24,000 nt of DNA, taken from assembly GCA_963800455.1 (NCBI GenBank), contig CAWDAY010000004.1, forward strand, positions 2,684,593 to 2,708,592. Reading direction: 5' to 3'. The notes under the pieces were generated by a model. The model was not told where the DNA came from. It was given only the letters and a program-made list of their open reading frames with translations, and did not search any database. This document shows positions 1 to 8,018 of the stretch, piece after piece. Made by a program: the position numbers and the translations under genes. How positions within the stretch are numbered: position 1 is the stretch's first letter; every line of letters starts with the position of its first letter. The DNA is from an uncultured Acidobacteriota bacterium. Its GTDB lineage: Bacteria; Acidobacteriota; Terriglobia; Acidiferrales; UBA7541.

Positions 1-849
1 GATCCGAGTGAGCGCGGCGACGCGCGGATCCGGAACAAGATGCCCGTAATCGTTGTAGGTCATGTAGTCCTTCTCGACGACCTTGATTCGCCGCAAATAT
101 TTTACGTTGTGCATTCCTTCGAACCCGGGAACGAGCAGCCGGATCGGAAAGCCCTGCTGGGGCCGCAAAGCCTCGCCATTTTGGCCATACGCGATCAGGC
201 AATCGTCCATGGCCTTCCCGATCGGAATGCTCGTCGCTCCCTTTACCGATTCGGCTCCTTCCGCCACGATGAAAGCGGCGCCGCTTTGCACGCCGGCCTC
301 CTTCAGCAGCAAAGACAGAGGCACGCCCGTCCATTCCGAGCAACTGGTCAAGCCATGCGTCTGCTGCACGGTTTTGTGAGTGGATTTGGCACGATTTCCC
401 AGGCACTCCAGAAAATGCGGGCGCGTTACAAATGGAAAGCGCTTGATATCGTCCACCGTGAGAATCAGCGGCCGGTCGACCATACCGTGGATCAGCAGCC
501 GGTGTTCCTTGGGATCGATGTTCGGAACATACGAGCCGCGGTGCGTCGAAATATAGTGCAGCGAAGAAGGGGTAATCATGCCGACCGAATCCTGTATCGG
601 CGACAACACGTGAAACGTCATCCCAAATTCGTCCGGCGACATTCTCTCCATCACCGAAAAGCGCTTGGACTTCACGAAGGGCGAACGCTGGCCATAGGCG
701 ATCAGCGCCTCGAGGTCCGGCATGTCCATGTTGTCCATGTCCGCCTTCGGGGCCGGCGCGCCCGCGGCGCGCACTCCCGCGGCGGCCGCGCCGATCAGCG
801 CGGCGCTGCTCTTCAGGAATTTCCTGCGTCCGGATGATTTGGATTCCAT
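1..849 (-). CDS. Molybdopterin-dependent sulfite oxidase/dehydrogenase family protein (SoxC-like), Tat-exported; C-terminus runs off the left edge
   Basis: Absent from the ORF track because it has no stop codon inside the window. Reading the reverse complement from the ATG at 849-847 gives MESKSSGRRKFLKSSAALIGAAAAG (twin-arginine signal). Later segments are ...FLECLGNR... and ...GFPIRLLVPGFEGMHNVKYLRRIKVV..., typical of the Oxidored_molyb domain. AAGGAG Shine-Dalgarno at 860-855. The frame stays open to position 1. The + strand ORF 40..837 is its antisense shadow. Confidence 0.8.
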   Translation of the reverse strand, partial: MESKSSGRRKFLKSSAALIGAAAAGVRAAGAPAPKADMDNMDMPDLEALIAYGQRSPFVKSKRFSVMERMSPDEFGMTFHVLSPIQDSVGMITPSSLHYISTHRGSYVPNIDPKEHRLLIHGMVDRPLILTVDDIKRFPFVTRPHFLECLGNRAKSTHKTVQQTHGLTSCSEWTGVPLSLLLKEAGVQSGAAFIVAEGAESVKGATSIPIGKAMDDCLIAYGQNGEALRPQQGFPIRLLVPGFEGMHNVKYLRRIKVVEKDYMTYNDYGHLVPDPRVAALTRI

Positions 850-1022
850 GGGCACTCCTTTACGGATGAATTTGAGTGGAACTTCTGTTTTGACCCGCCC
901 AGAGCCCCGAGTATACATCCGTTCGGAATCCAGGGGGATTGCCATTTTGCCGGCCGAGTGACCTCGCCACGAACAGTCCAAGCTTGGCTCTTGTTTATGC
1001 GTTGTTTTAAGGTATCTTTTTG

Positions 1023-1420
1023 TTAATTGCTGCTGTTTTCCAAGGTGCGCCTCGAGGCGCGGGCCACCGGCAGGCGCCGATCGGCTTTTCTGAAACACCG
1101 CCATCCAGTCAGATGATAGACAATGCCTCGGAACTCGCGGAACGGCTCGCGAACCTGAATACCACAAATATCACAGTAGCTCGCGTGTACGCGTCGATCA
1201 GCACCAACATCCGCAGTGTTCGTCCATCGTGGGTCATGGTGCTCACAAAATCGTAGCTCCACACATGATTTGCACGCTCGGGCCGCAGCCGCACACACGA
1301 TCCATCGTTCAGCCACAAGCGCCCTCATGGCCGCTGTTTCTGCGGCACGTTCAGCTCCGGATTTTATCTCTTCACGGGCATGACCGGTTTTCCTCCGGTT
1401 GAATTCTCTCTCATTTCACC
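1023..1420 (-). pseudogene. IS3-family transposase (rve/integrase core) remnant, disrupted by in-frame stops and frameshifts
   Basis: Minus-strand translation gives ...ELNVPQKQRP*GRLWLNDGSCVRLRPERANHVWSYDFVSTMTHDGRTLRMLVLIDAYTR. This is the conserved junction of IS3-type OrfB transposases (the LWLNDGS..RP...HVWSxDF..T..G..L..L.vIDxYTRE pattern). It contains a TGA inside the conserved KQ..RGRLW segment and loses frame after IDAYTR. No intact orfA or inverted repeats were recognised. Confidence 0.6.
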
Positions 1421-1680
1421 TGGTACAAAAGTCCCCTGGTCAGATCACTGCCTCGCGGGGGGATAAATTCATACAAGGAGTGGCATTTTCATTGGGCGGC
1501 TGGGGTGACATTTTCACGTTGCTACAACAGCGAAGAGTATCCGGGACGGTCGGCGAATCTGGCTCAATCCGCTGCTATGTGGTTGGCCCAAAAAAGGGAA
1601 TCTCCGTTTCGGCCTGCGGAGCCAAACTTATAAGTTGAAGCTCTGTGCCGGCCTAACTATACTTCTTCCGTTTTTGAGCA

Positions 1681-3867
1681 ATGGACCTCGTCATTCCAAG
1701 GGGCGGCGTGAGGATTGCAAAGGAATTGTCTTCGGGTTTCGCAGCGATCGCAGCCGCTGCGCTGATGGTAGCCTTGCCGGCTGTCTTCCATGGACAGCAA
1801 CGCGCCGGAGCAATTGCCATCGACGGCGACGATATCGCCGGTGTGGTCACCAGCGCCAGTGGGCCGGAAGCGGGCGTGTGGGTGATTGCCGAGACGTCTG
1901 ACTTTCAAACCCGTTTTGCCAAAATCGTTGTCACCGACGACCGCGGCCGATACCTGCTTCCCGAACTTCCGGAAGCCAACTATACCTTGTGGGTGCGCGG
2001 CTACGGGCTTGCCGACTCGCCGAAGGTCAAAGCCAAGCGGGGCACACTCGTCAATCTCACAGCGGTTCTGGCGCCCAGCCCGGCGGTCGCGGCCAAGGTC
2101 TACCCGGCGATCGCCTGGTTCGCGATGATGCACCTGCCGAAGGAAAGCGAGCTCGCCAATCTTAAGGGCGGCATGAACCGCTATCTTTCCACCATGAAGA
2201 GCGACGCCTGCGTTGGCTGCCACCAGCTCGGCGATGAATACACTCGCACCATCCCCGGGAATCTGGGGGCGTTTGCCTCCTCGCAGCAGGCCTGGATGCG
2301 CCGGCTTCAATCCGGACAGGTCGGCCTGCAAATGACCGGATTGGCGGCGTCGACTCTTGGCGGACTGCCTTACAAGTATCTTGCGGATTGGAGCGACCGC
2401 ATCGCGGCGGGCGAGCTTCCCGCCTATAAGCCGGAGCGGCCCTCGGGCCTCGAACGAAATGTGGTCGTCACGGTCCGGGACTGGGCGAGCCCCACAACGT
2501 ACCTTCATGACTTGACGTCGACCGATTGGCGCAATCCGACCGTCAACGCAAACGGACCCATCTACGGCTCTCCCGAACTCAGCACCGACGAATTTCCGAT
2601 CCTCGATCCCGTCAAAAATTCGGCCACCACCTTCCACGTCCCGGTTCGCGATCCCGATACTCCCGTCGCCCCGCCTGCGGCTGTCTTCGCTCCTTCGCCC
2701 GCCTGGGGCAACGAAGCGATCTGGAATAGCCGCGTCAACTCGCATAATCCGATCATGGACGAGAAGGGGCGTGTTTGGTTCACCGCGGTCGTACGGGCCG
2801 CGAAGAACGAACCGGCGTTTTGCAAGCAGGGCTCGGAAAACCCCTCGGCCAAGTTATTTCCGCTTACCAGTTCGGGGCGGCAGGTCGGGGTCTACGATCC
2901 AAAAACCAGGCAGTACACGTTCGTGGACACCTGTTTTTCCACGCACCATCTGCGATTTGCCGAGGACGCAAACAATACGCTGTGGTTCAGCAATGACCGC
3001 AACGCCCAACTGGCTGAGGCGGTGGGCTGGATCAACACGAAGATGTTCGACGAAACCGGCGACGCCGAAAAGTCGCAAGGTTGGACGGCGCTGATTCTCG
3101 ATACCAACGGCAATGGCAAGCGCGATGCCTACGTCGAGCCCGATCAGCCGGTGGACCCGAAGCTCGACAAACGGATCGTTTCCGACTTCTATGCCATCAT
3201 GCCGAATCCCGCCGATGGTTCCATCTGGGGAGCAACCCGCACGTATCCGGAGCGGCCCGAGCAGATCGCGGCCCTGGTCCGGCTGAATCCGGGGCCTAAC
3301 CCGCCGGCGACAACGCTGGCCGAAATCTACAACGTCCCGCCACCCGGATTTGGCGTCCGAGGCGCTGATATCGACCGCAACGGAGTCGTGTGGGTGTCGC
3401 TGGCAAGCGGCCACTTGGGTGAATTCGACCGACGAAAGTGCAAAGGTCCGCTCAATGGCCCCAAGGCTACAGGCGATCAGTGCCCCGAGGGCTGGACTTT
3501 CCACCGGTTCCCGGGCCCGGGGTTTCCGGAACTGCCACAATTCAGCGCGGAGTCGAGCTACTACACCTGGGTCGATCAGCGCAACACGCTGGGGCTCGGC
3601 GCCAACGTGCCCATTGCCACCGGCAATCTCTTCGACGGGGTTCACGCCTTCGTTAACGGCAAGTTCATAACGCTGCGAGTGCCGTATCCTCTCGGCTTTT
3701 TCAGCAAAGGCTTTGAAGGCCGCATCGACGACCCGAAGGCCGGCTGGAAAGGCCGCGGGCTTTGGGTTCCGAGCGGTGACCGCACCCCTTGGCATATGGA
3801 GGGCGGCAAGGGAACCAAGCCTCTGGTTGTTCACTTCCAAATGCGTCCGGATCCATTGGCAAAATAG
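1681..3867 (+). CDS. Exported CarboxypepD_reg-like domain protein with a single CxxCH haem-c motif; function unknown
   Basis: 728-aa ORF with a signal-like segment (AAIAAAALMVALPAVFHG). It has a CarboxypepD_reg-type beta-sandwich signature (GVVTSASGPEAGVWVIAETSDFQTRFAKIVVTDDRGRYLLPELPEANYTLWVRGYGL) and one CVGCH motif. An alternative GTG start at 1708 has a better SD (AAGGGG). Antisense ORFs 1657..2745 and 2854..3930 are shadows. Confidence 0.8.
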   Translation: MDLVIPRGGVRIAKELSSGFAAIAAAALMVALPAVFHGQQRAGAIAIDGDDIAGVVTSASGPEAGVWVIAETSDFQTRFAKIVVTDDRGRYLLPELPEANYTLWVRGYGLADSPKVKAKRGTLVNLTAVLAPSPAVAAKVYPAIAWFAMMHLPKESELANLKGGMNRYLSTMKSDACVGCHQLGDEYTRTIPGNLGAFASSQQAWMRRLQSGQVGLQMTGLAASTLGGLPYKYLADWSDRIAAGELPAYKPERPSGLERNVVVTVRDWASPTTYLHDLTSTDWRNPTVNANGPIYGSPELSTDEFPILDPVKNSATTFHVPVRDPDTPVAPPAAVFAPSPAWGNEAIWNSRVNSHNPIMDEKGRVWFTAVVRAAKNEPAFCKQGSENPSAKLFPLTSSGRQVGVYDPKTRQYTFVDTCFSTHHLRFAEDANNTLWFSNDRNAQLAEAVGWINTKMFDETGDAEKSQGWTALILDTNGNGKRDAYVEPDQPVDPKLDKRIVSDFYAIMPNPADGSIWGATRTYPERPEQIAALVRLNPGPNPPATTLAEIYNVPPPGFGVRGADIDRNGVVWVSLASGHLGEFDRRKCKGPLNGPKATGDQCPEGWTFHRFPGPGFPELPQFSAESSYYTWVDQRNTLGLGANVPIATGNLFDGVHAFVNGKFITLRVPYPLGFFSKGFEGRIDDPKAGWKGRGLWVPSGDRTPWHMEGGKGTKPLVVHFQMRPDPLAK

Positions 3868-3908
3868 GGCTTGCGGTTGTCGGACTGATTTCAGGAGCGC
3901 CGCAAGCC
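3868..3908 (+). terminator. Possible stem-loop directly after the stop of the 728-aa gene
   Basis: GGCTTGCGG (3868-3876) is perfectly complementary to CCGCAAGCC (3900-3908), but the loop is large (23 nt) and there is no clear U-tract. Confidence 0.25.
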
Positions 3909-4073
3909 GGGAATTTCCTCGTCCCTCCACGCGAGAAATGAGTTTGTTGCAGGATCGATGCGTTCAGGTGTAGATTACCGCCATCAGAACGCCACAGAGG
4001 CGGAAACTCAGATCAAATTGTTGCCATCGGCTTCCAGTTGTGGAGCGAGCGACTCGGACGAAGGGAGGCTCCT

Positions 4074-4691
4074 ATGAAGTGGATTGCGAATGTGTTGTTC
4101 ATTGGATTCCTGTTTGCGCCGGTAGCGAACAAGCCCGCTGCGGCCGCCGATGACCCGGTGGTTCAGGCTGATCGAGCCCTTGTGCAGGCCCTTCAAAAAG
4201 GCGATCGAGCGGCCGCCGAGAAACTCCTCGACAAGGATTTCTCCTGGATCGATTCCAAAGGGGTCATGTGGGCGAAGGACGATGCGTTTGAGGCCAAGCT
4301 GAAACCGCTGATTCCCGACGCCGGCGCAGCGACGATTACCGAGCACAAGTACGGAAAGGTCGTATGGATTCAGGAAAATGTGGGAAACAACTATGTCGCT
4401 CACTTTTGGGTGCAGAGGCCCGCGGGATGGCGCCTGCTCCACACCAACGAGATCACCGTCGATCCGGCCCTGGCAGTGCACGAAGTAAGACCTAACTTCG
4501 CGGTGCCGTGCGTGAATCCCTGCCAGCAGATCCCGTACCAGCCGCTAACGCCAAGCGAGAAAGCGGCGCTCGAGGGATGGCTGGACCAGGAGTCCGGCAC
4601 CGGTCATCACGACGCCCACCTGGGCGAAAACCTGCGCTCGGTCCATTCGGAAAACGGCGTCCAACCTCCGAAGTCCGAGACGGATGGCTAA
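4074..4691 (+). CDS. Exported NTF2-like (DUF4440/SnoaL-like) domain protein
   Basis: The preferred start is MKWIANVLFIGFLFAPVANKPAAAADD (signal peptide), with GGGAGG SD just upstream; the track start at 4038 is probably too long. The N-terminal domain matches the DUF4440 pattern (ADRALVQALQKGDRAAAEKLLDKDFSWIDSKG...GKVVWIQE...HFWVQRPAGWRLLH). Confidence 0.75.
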   Translation: MKWIANVLFIGFLFAPVANKPAAAADDPVVQADRALVQALQKGDRAAAEKLLDKDFSWIDSKGVMWAKDDAFEAKLKPLIPDAGAATITEHKYGKVVWIQENVGNNYVAHFWVQRPAGWRLLHTNEITVDPALAVHEVRPNFAVPCVNPCQQIPYQPLTPSEKAALEGWLDQESGTGHHDAHLGENLRSVHSENGVQPPKSETDG

Positions 4692-4977
4692 CACGGCTAA
4701 GGCCATGGCGGACCCGGCGATTCGCAACCGTCCTCCGGTCGGAGTAGCCCCAGTGCTGTGGATGCGCCAGTGGGACTTCGGAGACGCGGTGGTGTCCGTC
4801 ATGCTGCAGCCGACTTATGGCGGCAAAGCGTATTGGTCGAGCCGCGTGTTCGGCAACCATAACGGGTTCTGGATGATGGAGGAGAGCTATCACAACACGA
4901 TCCAGTCTTCTCCCCTTATGACCGCGCTGCCCACCGGCGCTAAGGCTGCCCCGGGCAGTGGCATGCCTTCGGAGTAG
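4684..4977 (+). CDS. Hypothetical protein, possibly the C-terminal half of a second NTF2-like domain
   Basis: 97-aa ORF whose ATG overlaps the upstream stop (gATGGCTAA). The segment WDFGDAVVSVMLQPTYGGKAYWSSRVFGNHNGFWMMEESYH resembles the beta-sheet half of an NTF2-like fold. See the finding on a possible frameshift. Confidence 0.45.
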   Translation: MANTAKAMADPAIRNRPPVGVAPVLWMRQWDFGDAVVSVMLQPTYGGKAYWSSRVFGNHNGFWMMEESYHNTIQSSPLMTALPTGAKAAPGSGMPSE

Positions 4978-4988
4978 AGAGTCAACCG

Positions 4989-6257
4989 ATGCTCACCCAA
5001 TCGAAGCTATGGAAGAAGGTACTCGCAATTCCACTCGCGTTTTGCGGCGTGTTGGCGCTGCCGGCGCTTTCGCAAGCGCAAGCCGTGCCGCACTATAAGT
5101 TCGATCCCGAATGGCCCAAACTCCCTCTGCCCAACAAGTGGTGGATGATGGGCGTCACGGGATTGGCCGTGGACAAGGACGATAACGTCTGGATCCTGGA
5201 TCGTCCGCGCGACATCGACGCCACACAGAACTATGCGCAGCTAAATCCTCCCACCGCCGAATGCTGCGTCGCGCCGCCGTCGATGATCCACATTGACAAA
5301 GCCGGGAACGTGATCGGTTCCTTCGACCCGCCGGAAGGGCATGGCATGGCGGTGGACAGCAAGGGCTTCGTCTACATCGGCAACTCCGTCAACAAAATGA
5401 ACACGGTCCGCAAATACGATCCCCAGACCGGCAAGGTCCTTGCCGAAATACCCAGGGTTCCGGAGAGCCAGCCGGGCGGCGGTGGAGGTGAAGGCGCACC
5501 CGAGGCTGCAGCGGGCGCTGCGGCTCCAGGCGGGGCCGGTCCGGTCGCGTCCGCAAGGAACGCGGCGGGAGGACGCGGCGGCAATCTCGATCCGGCTGCG
5601 CGGGCAGCGGCGATCGCAGCCTTCCGCGCCAAATATCCCCCGACGACGCCGATGATCGTGGGCCAGATCGAAGAGGTTCGGATCGACGAGCCGGCTCACG
5701 AAATTTATTGCGCTGACAGCTACCTGGGCGGCCGCGTAATGGTATTTGACTTGGACACCTTCGCATTCAAGCGGGGTTGGGGCGCCTACGGGCACCCCCT
5801 GTCGGAAATCACGACCGATGACAAAGACCGCGAATACACTCCCGGTGGCCCGGAACCCAAGGAATTCCGGAACCATCTCACGCTGAATATATCCAACGAT
5901 GGATTGGTTTACGCAGCGGATCGGGGGGCCAACCGCATCGATGTCACCACGAAGGAAGGCAAGTTCGTCAAGGAGTTCCTTCTGGCCACGCAGACTGGCA
6001 ATCGCGGCTCCGCCGGTGGTGTCGCTTTCTCGGCAGATCCGAAGCAGCGTTTCCTGTTTATCTCGGATATTTCGAACAACACGATCTGGATCCTCAGCCG
6101 GGAGGACGGAAAAGTGTTGGGCCGAATCGGCAGCGCGGGCGATTACGGCGGCCAGTTCCACGGCCTTCACATGATCGCCACGGACTCGAAGGGCAACATC
6201 TATACCGGCGAGGTGCAGGCTGGCGAACGCGTCCAGAGGTTTCTCCTGGCAAAGTGA
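4989..6257 (+). CDS. Exported NHL-repeat beta-propeller protein (peptidylglycine alpha-hydroxyglycine lyase-like family)
   Basis: 422 aa with a signal peptide (VLAIPLAFCGVLALPALSQAQA). Repeated NHL-like blades are present (GLAVDKDDNVWILDR; GMAVDSKGFVYIGN; NDGLVYAADRGANRIDV; FLFISDISNNTIWIL; ATDSKGNIYTGEVQAGERVQRF). GGAGTAGAGAG SD upstream. Antisense ORF 5241..6431 is a shadow. Confidence 0.85.
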   Translation: MLTQSKLWKKVLAIPLAFCGVLALPALSQAQAVPHYKFDPEWPKLPLPNKWWMMGVTGLAVDKDDNVWILDRPRDIDATQNYAQLNPPTAECCVAPPSMIHIDKAGNVIGSFDPPEGHGMAVDSKGFVYIGNSVNKMNTVRKYDPQTGKVLAEIPRVPESQPGGGGGEGAPEAAAGAAAPGGAGPVASARNAAGGRGGNLDPAARAAAIAAFRAKYPPTTPMIVGQIEEVRIDEPAHEIYCADSYLGGRVMVFDLDTFAFKRGWGAYGHPLSEITTDDKDREYTPGGPEPKEFRNHLTLNISNDGLVYAADRGANRIDVTTKEGKFVKEFLLATQTGNRGSAGGVAFSADPKQRFLFISDISNNTIWILSREDGKVLGRIGSAGDYGGQFHGLHMIATDSKGNIYTGEVQAGERVQRFLLAK

Positions 6258-6396
6258 GGGCGTCGCGTCTGCTACAGCTTTTCGGTCACCGGCAGCGGGT
6301 TGAAATAAGGAACGGGGAGAAAATCCCGCGCGAGTGATTTGCGGCGGCGCCAGGAATTGGCGTGCGGCCATGTCACAGGAGGCCAAGGAAACGCGA

Positions 6397-7158
6397 ATGA
6401 CTCGGACACGTTCGGTCGTGGCGGTCTTCACTTTTTACGTTCTGCTCGGCTCGTACCTCTCGTCGACGCAGCAAGTTCGCGCGCAGCAGCACGCTATGAC
6501 CTTCTTCGTCACGAGCGCGAACATCGGCAAAGGAGGAGACCTCGGAGGCCTGGCCGGAGCGGACGCGCATTGCCAGACGCTGGCCACCGCGGTCGGAGCC
6601 GGCAATCACACCTGGCATGCGTACATGAGCACACAGGCGCGCGGCGATCAACCTGCAATCAATGCCCGGGACCGCATCGGGCAAGGCCCTTGGTACAACG
6701 CCAAGGGCGAAATGATCGCCCACGGCCTCGCCGATCTTCATGGAGACACGATCGAACTCGCACGTCTCGGCAACAACGTCAATAAGCTGACAGCCCTGAC
6801 CGAAAAGGGCGACATCGTCCCCGGCCTGAACGACAATCCCGACCCGCAAGACCGAACCTGGGCCTATGCCTCCCAGCATCCCAACTCCAATCGCCACGAA
6901 ATGCTGACTGGCTCGCAAACCGATGGCCGCGCCTATACCGATAACACGGACCACACCTGCAACAATTGGACGAGCGACGCCCCGGGGAACGGCAACATCC
7001 AGTCCAATACCGGGCCGGCGGCGCAGATCGGGCTTTCCGACCGCAACGGCGGTCGCAACGGATCGTGGAACTCGTCCCATCCTACGCGCGGGTGCAGCCA
7101 GGACGACTTGGCATTCTCACACGGCGTGGGCTTGTTCTATTGCTTTGCCGTGAACTGA
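6397..7158 (+). CDS. Secreted endostatin-like / DUF1554-like (C-type-lectin-fold) protein, paralog 1
   Basis: Preferred start is MTRTRSVVAVFTFYVLLG (SD AGGAGG/AAGGAA upstream), which parallels the start of the downstream paralog. Conserved core: MTFFVTS..GKGG.LGGLAGADAHCQTLA...W.AY.STQARGDQPA.NARDRIG.GPWY.AKGE.IAHGLADLHGDTIELAR ... MLTGSQTDGRAYTD..DHTCNNWTS ... SWNSSH...GC.Q.DL....G.GLF.CFAVN. Confidence 0.85.
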   Translation: MTRTRSVVAVFTFYVLLGSYLSSTQQVRAQQHAMTFFVTSANIGKGGDLGGLAGADAHCQTLATAVGAGNHTWHAYMSTQARGDQPAINARDRIGQGPWYNAKGEMIAHGLADLHGDTIELARLGNNVNKLTALTEKGDIVPGLNDNPDPQDRTWAYASQHPNSNRHEMLTGSQTDGRAYTDNTDHTCNNWTSDAPGNGNIQSNTGPAAQIGLSDRNGGRNGSWNSSHPTRGCSQDDLAFSHGVGLFYCFAVN

Positions 7159-7183
7159 ACCGGGTGACCGCGAGGAGTCCTGA

Positions 7184-7879
7184 ATGACCAAGATTCGTTC
7201 GGCCGTTGCTACCGTGGCGTTGGCTGGATTCTTGAGTTCGTATGCGGCCATCGCCCAGCGAGCTCCCGGGCAGCAAAACGCCACGCCGCATTCCATGACC
7301 TTCTTCGTCACCAGCGTCGGGTTGGGCAAAGGGGGCAATCTGGGCGGCTTGGCCGGCGCCGATGCCCACTGCCAAACACTCGCCGCGACCGCCGGAGCGG
7401 GCGACAAGACCTGGCACGCCTACCTCAGCACACAGGCGCGCGGCGACCAACCCGCCGTCAATGCCCGCGATCGCATCGGCTCAGGCCCCTGGTACAGCGC
7501 CAAGGGCGAATACATCGCCCACGGTCTCGCTGACCTTCACGGGGACACCATCGAACTGGCGCGTCAGGGCACCAACCTCTTCAAACAGTCGGCTCTGAAC
7601 GAAAAAGGCCAAGTCGTCAACGGCGCGGGAGACAGTCCGAACGTCCACGATATGTTGACCGGTTCGCAAACCGACGGCCGCGCCTATACCGATAGCAAGG
7701 ATCATACCTGCAACAATTGGACCAGCAGCGCCGCGGGGTCCGCGCAGGTTGGCCATTCGGACCGCATCGGCGGCGGCAACACGTCCTGGAACTCTTCGCA
7801 CGCAACCAAAGGCTGCGGCCAGGAGGATCTGGTGAGCACGGGCGGCGCGGGTCTGTTTTTCTGCTTCGCCGTCAATTGA
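7184..7879 (+). CDS. Secreted endostatin-like / DUF1554-like protein, paralog 2 (tandem duplicate)
   Basis: 231 aa with GAGGAG SD and a signal peptide (AVATVALAGFLSSYAAIAQ). It is collinear with 6397..7158 along its whole length but lacks two short insertions present in paralog 1. Confidence 0.85.
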   Translation: MTKIRSAVATVALAGFLSSYAAIAQRAPGQQNATPHSMTFFVTSVGLGKGGNLGGLAGADAHCQTLAATAGAGDKTWHAYLSTQARGDQPAVNARDRIGSGPWYSAKGEYIAHGLADLHGDTIELARQGTNLFKQSALNEKGQVVNGAGDSPNVHDMLTGSQTDGRAYTDSKDHTCNNWTSSAAGSAQVGHSDRIGGGNTSWNSSHATKGCGQEDLVSTGGAGLFFCFAVN

Positions 7880-7907
7880 CGAAGCGCTTTTCTGTTCGGG
7901 GTTTTTT
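7880..7907 (+). terminator. Weak hairpin followed by a T6 run after the paralog pair
   Basis: CGAA...TTCG short stem (7880-7898), then GGGG TTTTTT (T-run 7902-7907) immediately after the stop at 7879. The stem is weak. Confidence 0.3.
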
Positions 7908-8018
7908 GTTCTTGCAGGCACGCTTGTCCATAGTCCGTAAGGACACAGACTTCATTTTTGGCAGGATCGAAAAACGGCGCGCAGGAAAGAAGCGCTCCAG
8001 AAGAACGGGAACCCACAA

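Noticed and set aside
40-837. 265-aa + strand ORF at the left edge
   Set aside because: It is Arg/His-rich with no recognisable domain. The opposite strand encodes a clean Tat-signal SoxC-like protein over the same span, so this is an antisense shadow ORF.
1657-3930. Minus-strand ORFs 1657..2745 (362 aa) and 2854..3930 (358 aa)
   Set aside because: Both lie antisense to the well-supported 728-aa gene. Their composition (R/G/A-rich) is typical of shadow frames in GC-rich DNA.
6334-6396. Upstream extension of paralog 1 (track start 6334)
   Set aside because: The ATG at 6397 has an SD and gives an N-terminus parallel to paralog 2. The extra 21 residues precede the signal peptide.
5241-7080. 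Minus-strand ORFs 5241..6431 (396 aa) and 6373..7080 (235 aa)
   Set aside because: They are antisense to the NHL propeller gene and the first endostatin-like gene, with no domain signal.
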